A DNA stretch of 64,000 nucleotides from Piscinibacter sp. (lineage in GTDB: Bacteria; Pseudomonadota; Gammaproteobacteria; Burkholderiales; Burkholderiaceae_C). A program made the position numbers and the translations under genes. Shown piece after piece: positions 29,101 to 36,282 of the stretch. A model generated the notes under the pieces. It did not search any database and was not told the origin of the DNA. It saw only the letters and a list, made by a program, of their open reading frames with translations. The stretch spans positions 454,853 through 518,852 of the forward strand of contig NZ_JASGKT010000001.1 in assembly GCF_047600445.1 (NCBI RefSeq), given 5' to 3'. The first letter of the stretch is position 1; every line of letters begins with the position of its first letter.

Positions 29101-29413
29101 CCTGGAACTGCACCGTCAGCACCGCCATGCCGGGGCGCGACACCGAGAAGGTGTGGTCTATGCCGGCGATCTGGCCGAGCACCTGTTCGGCCGGGCGCGC
29201 GACGAGCGCGTGCACGTCGGCGCTCGATGCGCCCGGGAAGGCGATCAGCACGTTGGCCATCGTCACGTTGATCTGCGGCTCTTCCTCGCGCGGCGTGACC
29301 AGCACCGCGAAGGCGCCGAGCAGCAGCGCGACCAGCGCCAGCAGCGGCGTCAGCGCGTGGCGCTGGAAGGTCCGGGCGAGGCGGCCGGAGACGCCGAGGG
29401 TGGGGGCGCTCAT
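26174..29413 (-). CDS. RND efflux permease (HAE-type; TM4 motif GILVDDAIVVVENI)
   Basis: 1079 aa from MSAPTLGVSGRLARTF.... There is a 4-nt overlap with the upstream adaptor gene. The motif is not the heavy-metal DFG-DGA type. Confidence 0.93.
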   Translation of the reverse strand: MSAPTLGVSGRLARTFQRHALTPLLALVALLLGAFAVLVTPREEEPQINVTMANVLIAFPGASSADVHALVARPAEQVLGQIAGIDHTFSVSRPGMAVLTVQFQVGVPRTEALVRLYDVLDANQDWLPANLGVLPPVVKPKGIDDVPVLAVTLWTREGASAAELERVAHTMEAELKRVAGVREVTTIGGPGRAVNVWLDPGRLRERGIDIARLQTTLAAANQAMPSGAVLDDGAAQPRLLGVETGEFLRSAAEVGELIVGVSGGKPVRLSEVARIEDGARQPRRYVWFTPGAAASDAAGAAQPAVTITITKKPGSNAVDVARAARERLAELRNTVLPQGVEASITRDYGETAAEKANKLIQKLAFATGSVILLVGLALGRREAVIVGAAVVLTLAATLFASWAWGFTLNRVSLFALIFSIGILVDDAIVVVENIHRHQALAPGRPLSDIIPAAVDEVGGPTILATLTVIAALLPMAFVSGLMGPYMSPIPINSSLGMALSLAIAFTVTPWLALHLMKPHGGGDHAVATNAPTRLQRLFERVLRPLLASARKRWLLLAGIVAALLLSAGLAVVQWVVLKMLPFDNKSEFQVVLEMPAGTPLEQTAATLQRLGAQLAQQPEVRDLQGYAGTASPITFNGLVRQYYLRADAEQGELQVNLVDKSRRHEQSHAIAQRLRPALDAIAAEHGARLKVVEVPPGPPVLAPLVAEVYGPDEAMRTHAAEQLLKAFGETAHIVGIDSTLAADAPRAWLRIERQRAETLGIPVAVIAQTVHAALSGADASYLHDGHSKYPVPVRLQLPAEQQFGLDALLALPLRAAGGPLVPLSELVRVERGVIDKPLHTKDLQPVVYVLGDVGERAVAGDERRLVDSPLYGLFAVRARLGDAGPGEYWIRQPGDPYREVALKWDGEWQITYETFRDMGAAYAVGLVLIYLLVVAQFRSYLTPLVIMAPIPLTLIGVMPGHALLGAQFTATSMIGMIALAGIIVRNSILLVDFIELQLARGRPFEDAVVAAAAVRAQPIALTGLAAMTGAFFILDDPIFNGLAVSLIFGIFVSTLLTLVVIPVLYFALYRRRIQPRSST

Positions 29414-30453
29414 GGCGCGGCGCGCGCGCCGTGCAGCCCGGCGCGCAGCGGGTCGGCGGCGACGCGCTCGCCCGGGTTCAGGCCGGCCAGCACCTCGACG
29501 CGCCCGCCGGCCGCCGCGGCGACACGCACCGCGCGCAGCGCGAAGCCCTGCGGCGTGGCGACGTAGACGGCGGTCAGCTCGCCGCGCCGCAGCACGGCGC
29601 CGGCCGGCAGGCTGGGGCGCCCGGCCGCGCCCTCGGCGCGCAGTCCGGCGGCGCGCACGCGCAGCGACTGGCCGGGGCGCGCGCCGTTCGCCTCGGCCGG
29701 CAGCTCGAGGCGCCATTCGATCGTCTGCGACACCGGGTCGGCGGCGGGCAGCAGCTCGCGCGCGCCGGGTTCGAGCGCGCGACCGTCGGGCAGCAACACG
29801 CGAACCTCGCCGGCCGCCGCCAGCGCCGCGGCGCGCGAGGCCGGCACCTGCACCACGGCGCGCAGGCGGCCGGGTTCGTACAGCGTCAGCAGCGCCCGGC
29901 CGGGCAGCGCGAGGTCGCCGACTTCGACGTGCGTGGCGCTGACCACCGCGTCGTAGGGCGCGAGCACCTCGGCATGGCCTTGCGCCAGCGCGGCCTGGGC
30001 GCGCGCGGCGCGCGCCCGGTCCAACCCGGCGCGCGCCGCCTGGGCCTGCGTCTCGGCGCTGTCCACCGCGGCCTGGCTGATGAAGCCGCTCCTGTTCAGG
30101 TCGCGGCTGCGCGTCAGCGCCACCTCGGCCAGGCGCGCCTCGGCTTCGGCCTGCGTCACCGCGGCGTCGCTCTGCGCCACGCCGGCGCGGCTGTCGCGGT
30201 CGTCGGTGCGCAGCAGCGGCTGGCCGCGCCGCACGCGCTCGCCGGCGCGCACGCGCAGCGCCAGCACGTTGCCGCCGGTCTGCGCGGTCAGCGTCGCCTG
30301 GCGCACCGGCTGCAGCACGCCGTCGAACTCGGCCGTGGCGCCGCCGCCGCCGGCGGCGACCGCGATGGTCGGCACGCCGACCGGCTCGGCGGCGTGGGCG
30401 CCGGCGGCGAGCAGCGAGGCGGCGAGCAGGAGTTTCATGGCGGCACGGTTCAT
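29410..30453 (-). CDS. RND efflux periplasmic adaptor (membrane fusion protein)
   Basis: 347 aa with a signal peptide (MKLLLAASLLAAGAHA) and HlyD-like lipoyl, hairpin and barrel regions. The start may be Met1 or Met6. Confidence 0.85.
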   Translation of the reverse strand: MNRAAMKLLLAASLLAAGAHAAEPVGVPTIAVAAGGGGATAEFDGVLQPVRQATLTAQTGGNVLALRVRAGERVRRGQPLLRTDDRDSRAGVAQSDAAVTQAEAEARLAEVALTRSRDLNRSGFISQAAVDSAETQAQAARAGLDRARAARAQAALAQGHAEVLAPYDAVVSATHVEVGDLALPGRALLTLYEPGRLRAVVQVPASRAAALAAAGEVRVLLPDGRALEPGARELLPAADPVSQTIEWRLELPAEANGARPGQSLRVRAAGLRAEGAAGRPSLPAGAVLRRGELTAVYVATPQGFALRAVRVAAAAGGRVEVLAGLNPGERVAADPLRAGLHGARAAP

Positions 30454-30486
30454 ATACAGTATGGAGTATATGCCCTGTAGGGTATG
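30452..30486. promoter_or_regulatory. A+T-rich operator-like region: ATATAC-N8-GTATAT overlapping ATGCCCTGTAGGGTAT
   Basis: An island of A+T in a 70% G+C context, lying exactly between the divergent starts at 30453 (-) and 30484 (+). An interrupted G/C tract (CCC-tgta-GGG) is flanked by AT-rich inverted arms, which is the architecture of CsoR/RcnR-family operators. Confidence 0.5.
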
Positions 30487-31278
30487 TGTGGCAAGCGGGC
30501 CGGCCGGCTTCGCGCTACGCTGCGGGCCGTGCCGACGCCGCCCGAACCGACCCCGTCCTCACCGCCGCTGGCCGCCTCGGCGGCGCACCAGCGGCGCCTG
30601 CGCGAGGTGTGGCGCTCGGCCGGCTGGCCCTGCCAGGACCTGATCGAAGCCGAGCTGCTCGCCGCCGGGCTGCTGGAGCGCGTGCGCCACGGCAGCGGCC
30701 ACGAGACGCTGCGTGTCACCGACGGCGGCGTCGCCGCGCTGGCCGCCACGCTGGCGCGCAACCGCGCGCGGCGCGGCGCGCACGAGGCGCTGGTCGGGCG
30801 CGTGGCGCGCGAGATGACACGCGCCGGCCGCATCGCCTGGCGCGGGCTGTCGCTGCGCGCGCACGTCGAGGGCGCCGGGGACGGCGGGGCGGGCCGCTGG
30901 GTGATGGCGATGCCCGACGTCTTCTCGATCCGCCACACCACGGTGGAAGACTGGCTGGAGCCGGCCGCGCACGAGGTCAAGGTGACGCGCGCCGACCTGC
31001 TGTCCGACCTGCGCCAGCCCTGCAAGCGCGAGGCCTATCGCATGCTGTCCAGCCAATGCTGGTACGTGCTCAAACAAGGCATCGCCGATGCCGACGAGGT
31101 GCCGATGGAATTCGGAGTGATGTTCGCCGGCCCGGCCGGCGCGCTCGAGGTGGCGCGGCCGGCGCCGCGCCGCGCGATGCGCCTGCCGCTGGCCACCTGG
31201 ATGGCGCTGGCGCGCGCGACGGCCGAGCCGGCGCTCGACGACGAGGCGCAGGCCTGGCTGGGCGGGAGCAGCGCATGA
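30484..31278 (+). CDS. Hypothetical protein with a PD-(D/E)xK, MmcB-like C-terminal region
   Basis: ...MPDVFSI...AHEVKVTRADLLSDLRQPCKREAYRMLSSQCWYVL...EVPMEFGVMFA follows the D...E-x-K...K..Y pattern of the MmcB/DUF1052 family. The start is uncertain. The stop overlaps the next ATG (ATGA). Confidence 0.5.
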   Translation: MCGKRAGRLRATLRAVPTPPEPTPSSPPLAASAAHQRRLREVWRSAGWPCQDLIEAELLAAGLLERVRHGSGHETLRVTDGGVAALAATLARNRARRGAHEALVGRVAREMTRAGRIAWRGLSLRAHVEGAGDGGAGRWVMAMPDVFSIRHTTVEDWLEPAAHEVKVTRADLLSDLRQPCKREAYRMLSSQCWYVLKQGIADADEVPMEFGVMFAGPAGALEVARPAPRRAMRLPLATWMALARATAEPALDDEAQAWLGGSSA

Positions 31279-32216
31279 CGACGGCCGCCGCGAAGCGGGA
31301 ACGTGTCGCGCTGTGGGCCGCGCTCGTGCTGGTGCTGTGCTGGGGCAGCAACTTCAGCGTGCAGAAGGCGGTGTTCACCGCGCTGACGCCGGGCGGCTTC
31401 CTGTTCGTGCGCTACCTGATCATGCCGGTGGCCGCGGCGCTGCTGCTGCTGGCGCATTTCGGCACGCGCTGGCCGCGCCTGTCGCGGCGCGAGTTCTGGC
31501 AGCTCTTCAGGCTCGGGCTCACCGGGCACCTGCTGCACGTCGGGCTGGTGACCTACGGCATCCACTGGTCGACGGCGTTCTCCAGCTCGCTGATCCTGGC
31601 CATCGGGCCGGTGTTCACGCTGCTGATCCTGCGCTGGCACGGCAGCGAGCAGCTCACGCGCGGCCAGGTCGCCGGCGTGGCGCTGGCGGTGTGCGGCGTG
31701 CTGGTGTTCCTGTCCGACAAGCTGGTCGGCGCGCAGTGGCAGGCCAGCGGCGGCGACCTGGTGCTGCTGGTCGCGGCGGCCTTCTTCTCGCTGTACACCG
31801 TGTGGTGCAAGCCGCTGATCGAGCGCCACGGCGGCGTGGTGGTGATGGCCTACGGCACGCTGCTCGGCAGCCTGCCGGTGATCGCGCTCAGCGCCGCACA
31901 GGGCCTGCGCGTCGACTGGGGCGCGGTGCCGCCGCTGGTCTGGCTCGGCACGCTCTACGCGGTGCTGGTGGCGGCCTTCTTCGGCTGGATCGCGTGGGGC
32001 TGGATCAACGCCGTGCGCGGCGTGGCGCGCACCGCGCCGCTGATGTACCTGATGCCGCCGGTGGCCGCGCTGGTGGCCTGGCTCGCCACCGGCGAGCGCT
32101 ACACCGCCACCAAGCTGGCCGGCGCGGCGATCACGCTCGGCGGCGTGGCGCTGGCGCAGTTCGCCTCGCACGGCGCGCGCGACGAGCTGCGCGACTCGGT
32201 GCCGCCGCTGGAGTGA
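31275..32216 (+). CDS. EamA/DMT-family transporter
   Basis: 313 aa with 10 TM segments and two EamA repeats (LCWGSNFSVQK..., ...AYGTLLGSLP...). Confidence 0.85.
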   Translation: MTTAAAKRERVALWAALVLVLCWGSNFSVQKAVFTALTPGGFLFVRYLIMPVAAALLLLAHFGTRWPRLSRREFWQLFRLGLTGHLLHVGLVTYGIHWSTAFSSSLILAIGPVFTLLILRWHGSEQLTRGQVAGVALAVCGVLVFLSDKLVGAQWQASGGDLVLLVAAAFFSLYTVWCKPLIERHGGVVVMAYGTLLGSLPVIALSAAQGLRVDWGAVPPLVWLGTLYAVLVAAFFGWIAWGWINAVRGVARTAPLMYLMPPVAALVAWLATGERYTATKLAGAAITLGGVALAQFASHGARDELRDSVPPLE

Positions 32217-32239
32217 GGGCGCGGGCGCGAACGGCGCCG

Positions 32240-33811
32240 ATGCGGCACACTGTCCCGACCATGCCGACGCCGCGATTCGCCCCGCTTCTCGTCCTCGCCG
32301 CCGCGCTGGCCGCAGCCGCCTGCTCGAAGAAGGACGAGGCGCCGCCGCCGGCCGGCATCGCCTGGGTGCGGGCCGCCGGCGACGCCGAGGTGGACGCCGC
32401 CTTCGCGCGCGCCCGGGCCGAGGGCAAGCCGGTGTTCGTCTACTGGGGCGCGCAGTGGTGTCCGCCGTGCAACCAGTTGAAGGCGACGCTGTTCAACCGG
32501 CAGGACTTCATCGAGCGCTCGCGCGCCTTCGTGCCGGTCTACGTCGACGGCGACGCGCCGGGCGCGCAGAAGCTCGGCGCGCGCTTCGCGGTGCGCGGCT
32601 ACCCGACCACGGTGGTGTTCGCCCGCGACGGCCGCGAGCTGACGCGCCTGCCCGGCGAGGTCGATGCGCAGCAGTACAACGAGCTGCTGGCGCTCGCGCT
32701 GGCGGCGCAGCGCCCGGCCGGCGAGCTGCTGGCCGCTGCCCGCGCCGGCGGCAAGGACCTGAGCGACGCCGACTGGCGGCTGCTCGCCTGGTACTCGTGG
32801 GAGACCGACCAGCAGCAACTCGCCGGCCGCGACGGCCCGGCCGCGCTGCTGCGCGAGCTGGCGCGCGCCTGCCCCGACAGCTCGGCCGACGCGGCGCTGC
32901 GGCTGCGCCTGAAGGCGCTGGCCGCCGAGGGTGCCCAGGGCGGCCAGGGCGTGGTGGCCGACGCCGCCGAGCAGCGCCGCACGCTGACGGCGCTGCTGGC
33001 CGATGCCGGCCGCGCGCGCCGCCACGTCGACGTGCTGGCCGGCAGCGCCCGGGAGATCGTGGCCGCGCTGGCGGCGCCCGACGCGCCCGAGCGCGCGCCG
33101 CTGGTGGCGGCCTTCGACGCGGCGCTGGCGACGCTGCAGGCCGATGCGACGCTGTCGCGCGCCGACCGCCTCGGCGCGCTGGCGGCGCGTGTGCAATTGA
33201 CGAAGCCGGAGCGGCTGCCGGCCCTGCAGGCCGAGCTGCGCGCGCTGGCCGCGCGCTTCGACCGCGAGATCAGCGACGGCTACGAGCGCCAGGCCGTGAT
33301 CACCACCGCCGCCTGGGCGCTCGAAGAAGCCGGGCTGCTCGACGATTCCGACGCGCTGCTGAAGGCCAACCTGGCCCGCAGCCACTCGCCCTACTACCTG
33401 ATGTCCGGCCTGGCCGACAACGCGAGGAAGCGCGGCGACGCGGCCGCGGCGGTCGACTGGTCGGCGCAGGCCTTCGAGAAGAGCGAAGGCGCGGCGACGC
33501 GGCTGCAATGGGGCGCCGGCCACCTGCGCGCGCTGGTCGAGCTGGCGCCGCGGGACGCGGCGCGCATCGAGGCGCTGGCGGCGCGCCTGATCGACGAGGC
33601 GGCGGCGCAGCCCGATGCCTTCGAGGCGCGCAGCGGCCGCTCGATGCAGCGCATCGGCAAGCTGCTGCGCGACTGGGATCCGATGGGCGAACACGCCGCC
33701 GTGCTGCAACGCCTGCAGCGGCGCCTGGACGCGGTGTGCGCCAGGCTGCCCGCCGGCGGCGAGGCGCGCGGCGTCTGCGACGCGGTGCTGAAACCCGCCG
33801 CGGCGGCCTGA
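32240..33811 (+). CDS. Thioredoxin-fold lipoprotein with a long C-terminal helical domain
   Basis: Lipobox LAAAACS and a thioredoxin motif, KPVFVYWGAQWCPPCNQL...GYPTTVVF. About 380 aa of Ala/Leu-rich helical repeats follow. The start is either 32240 or 32261. Confidence 0.75.
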   Translation: MRHTVPTMPTPRFAPLLVLAAALAAAACSKKDEAPPPAGIAWVRAAGDAEVDAAFARARAEGKPVFVYWGAQWCPPCNQLKATLFNRQDFIERSRAFVPVYVDGDAPGAQKLGARFAVRGYPTTVVFARDGRELTRLPGEVDAQQYNELLALALAAQRPAGELLAAARAGGKDLSDADWRLLAWYSWETDQQQLAGRDGPAALLRELARACPDSSADAALRLRLKALAAEGAQGGQGVVADAAEQRRTLTALLADAGRARRHVDVLAGSAREIVAALAAPDAPERAPLVAAFDAALATLQADATLSRADRLGALAARVQLTKPERLPALQAELRALAARFDREISDGYERQAVITTAAWALEEAGLLDDSDALLKANLARSHSPYYLMSGLADNARKRGDAAAAVDWSAQAFEKSEGAATRLQWGAGHLRALVELAPRDAARIEALAARLIDEAAAQPDAFEARSGRSMQRIGKLLRDWDPMGEHAAVLQRLQRRLDAVCARLPAGGEARGVCDAVLKPAAAA

Positions 33812-33844
33812 TCGGGGGCCTCGGGGCCGCGGCGCCGCAGTGCC

Positions 33845-34210
33845 TCAGCGCCCGATCTCGACCGCGTAGTGCGTGCGCTTTTCGAGGTCGAGGAAGTTCA
33901 GCGTCCGGCCGTCCCACTCGAAGGGGGCGAAGAAGCCGTCGATCTGCATCGTGCCGTGCATCAGCACCACGTCGACCTGGCTGCTTTTCAGCCGCAGCCG
34001 CCAGACCAGGTCGGCGATGCGCACGTTCAGGCGCCGCGCGCCCAGCACGTCGATGCGTGCCGGCCCGCAGTCGGCCGGGGCCGCGCCGACCGCGACGCAC
34101 AGGCGGCCGGCGTAGCGGCCCGGCGCGGGCGCGTCGGCGCGCGCGGCGCCGGCGGCCAGCGCCGCCAGCGCCATCACCGCGAACCCCACGCGCCGGCCGC
34201 GCGCGCGCAT
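33845..34210 (-). CDS. Hypothetical secreted protein
   Basis: 121 aa with a signal peptide (MALAALAAGAARA). It lies 11 nt downstream of gst on the same strand. No family recognised. Confidence 0.55.
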   Translation of the reverse strand: MRARGRRVGFAVMALAALAAGAARADAPAPGRYAGRLCVAVGAAPADCGPARIDVLGARRLNVRIADLVWRLRLKSSQVDVVLMHGTMQIDGFFAPFEWDGRTLNFLDLEKRTHYAVEIGR

Positions 34211-34221
34211 CGCGTGTCAGC

Positions 34222-34830
34222 TCACTTCAGCAGGCCTTCGGCCTTCAGCGCTTCCTGCACCGCCGGCCGCGCGGCGACGCGCGCCATGAACGCGCCCAGG
34301 TTGGCCAGGCCGCCGATGTCGACGCCGACGTGCTTGCCCCAGCCGGCGACGACGAACAGGTAGCCGTCGGCGACGCTGAAGTCCTCGCCCATCAGGTAGG
34401 TCTTGCCGGCGAGCTGGCCGTCGACCCACTTGAAGCGCTCGGCGAGCTTGGCGCGGTACAGCGCGCGCGCCTCTTCCGGCATCGCCGGATTGAACAGCGG
34501 CGAGAAGCTCTTGTGCAGCTCGGTGGTGATGAAGTTCAGCCACTCCTGCAGGCGGTAGCGCGCCATCGTGCCGGCCGGCGGCGCGAGCTTCCTGGCCGGC
34601 GCCTGGTCGGCGATGTACTGCACGATCGCCGGGCCTTCGCTGAGGCGCTCGCCGTTGTCGAGTTCGAGCAGCGGCACGTAGCCCTTGGCGTTGATGGTGT
34701 AGTAGTCGGTGCCGTCCTGCAGCTTGTGCGTCTTGGTGCTGGCGAGCACCGGCTCGAAGGCGAGGCCGGCCTCGCGCAGCGCGATGTGGGGCGAGAGCGA
34801 GCAGGCGCCGGGGCTGTAGTAGAGCTTCAA
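34222..34830 (-). CDS. gstA: Glutathione S-transferase (beta class)
   Basis: MKLYYSPGACSLSPHIALREAGLAFE parallels E. coli GstA ([22 protein letters not shown]). Length is 202 aa. Confidence 0.9.
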   Translation of the reverse strand: MKLYYSPGACSLSPHIALREAGLAFEPVLASTKTHKLQDGTDYYTINAKGYVPLLELDNGERLSEGPAIVQYIADQAPARKLAPPAGTMARYRLQEWLNFITTELHKSFSPLFNPAMPEEARALYRAKLAERFKWVDGQLAGKTYLMGEDFSVADGYLFVVAGWGKHVGVDIGGLANLGAFMARVAARPAVQEALKAEGLLK

Positions 34831-34962
34831 GAGGGTCTCCGTGGGGTTGATGGGATGGCGCAGATTACATCGCCGCGCGGACTACCGGCGTGCAAGGGGA
34901 TTGCGCGCGGCGTTCGAATCGCCTGACTCGAAACGGCGCGCCCGCGCGCCTACATTGACGCC

Positions 34963-35844
34963 ATGAAGACCCTTCCTGCCCGAACCATCGCCCGCTCGCG
35001 CGGCGTCGAGCGGCTGGTGCGCGGACAAGCCACCTCCGACGGCGCCGGCGTCAGGCTCACGCGCGTGCTGGCGCAGCCGCTGCAACGCCGCCTCGACCCC
35101 TTCCTGATGCTCGACGCCTTCGGCAGCGACGCGGCGAGCGACTACATCGGCGGTTTTCCCGACCATCCGCACCGCGGCTTCGAGACCGTCACGATCATGA
35201 AGGCCGGGCGCATGCGCCACGGCGACAGCGCCGGCCACAGCGGCCTGCTGGAGCCCGGCAGCGTGCAGTGGATGACCGCCGGGCGCGGCATCGTGCACTC
35301 CGAGATGCCCGAGCAGGAACAGGGCCGCATGGCCGGCTTCCAGTTGTGGGTCAACCTCGCGGCCCGCGACAAGATGCAGCCGCCCGCCTACCGCGACGTG
35401 CCGGGCGCGCAGGTGCCGGCCTTCACGCTGGACGACGGCACGGCGGTGCGCGTGATCGCCGGCCGCACGCACGGCGTGGACGGCGCGGTCACGCGCCCGA
35501 CCACCGAGCCGCTGGTGCTGGACATCACGCTGCCGCCCGGCGCGGGCTTCGACCTGCCGCTGCCGGCCGGGCACAACGCCTTCGCTTACGTGTACGGCGG
35601 CGCGCCGGCGCGGGTCGGCGGCACGGAGGTGGGCAGCGAGACGATGGCCATCCTCGCCAACGCGCCCGACGCCGACGGCGTGCGCCTGGCCGCGCCGGAA
35701 GGCGGCGGCGCGGTGCAGATCCTGCTGGTCGCCGGGGCGCCGCTGAACGAGCCGATCGCGCAGCACGGCCCCTTCGTGATGAACACGGCGCAGGAGCTCC
35801 GGCAGGCTTTCGCCGACTACCAGCGCGGGGTGCTGGCGGCCTGA
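34963..35844 (+). CDS. Pirin family protein
   Basis: HPHRGFETVTIM...G.VQWMTAGRGIVHSEMP is the pirin bicupin signature. Confidence 0.92.
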   Translation: MKTLPARTIARSRGVERLVRGQATSDGAGVRLTRVLAQPLQRRLDPFLMLDAFGSDAASDYIGGFPDHPHRGFETVTIMKAGRMRHGDSAGHSGLLEPGSVQWMTAGRGIVHSEMPEQEQGRMAGFQLWVNLAARDKMQPPAYRDVPGAQVPAFTLDDGTAVRVIAGRTHGVDGAVTRPTTEPLVLDITLPPGAGFDLPLPAGHNAFAYVYGGAPARVGGTEVGSETMAILANAPDADGVRLAAPEGGGAVQILLVAGAPLNEPIAQHGPFVMNTAQELRQAFADYQRGVLAA

Positions 35845-35910
35845 GCGGCGCGGTCGGCTAACCTCGGGCCTTGCCGGCAGCGAGCCGGACAGCCCGAGGA
35901 CCATCGCGCC

Positions 35911-36282
35911 ATGCCCCGCAGCATCCTGGAGGAAAGCCGCATCCACCCGGCGATCCGCGACAGCGTCGCCAACCGCCACGCCGACATCGTGCACAACGTG
36001 CAGGCGGCGGCGGCCTCGAACCGCATCCTCGTCGTCGGCATGGCCGGCAACCCGCATTGCCGCAAGGCGCGCCGCGCGCTCGACCGCGCCGGCCTGGCGC
36101 ACCAGTACCTGGCGTTCGGCAGCTACTTCAGCCAGTGGCGGCGCCGCAACGCGCTGAAGATGTGGAGCGGCTGGCCGACCTTCCCGATGGTGTTCGCCAA
36201 GGGCGTGCTGATCGGCGGCGCGAGCGATCTCGAACGCCTGCTCGCCTCGGGCGAGCTGAACCGCTTCCTCGGCGAGCCGTGA
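35911..36282 (+). CDS. Glutaredoxin-like protein (monothiol-type scaffold; CGFS replaced by NPHC)
   Basis: ILVVGMAGNPHCRKA...WPTFPMVFAKGVLIGGASDL parallels the Grx4-type pattern (..KG.P..P.CGFS...W.T.PQ.F..G..IGG.D). Confidence 0.7.
   Translation: MPRSILEESRIHPAIRDSVANRHADIVHNVQAAAASNRILVVGMAGNPHCRKARRALDRAGLAHQYLAFGSYFSQWRRRNALKMWSGWPTFPMVFAKGVLIGGASDLERLLASGELNRFLGEP

Noticed and set aside
25953-30480. ORFs 25953..28955 - (1000 aa), 26192..29566 +, 28590..29942 +, 29431..30480 +
   Set aside because: These are alternative or antisense frames of RND-2 and its adaptor. Only the last 74 codons of 25953..28955 (DUF2892) are judged real.
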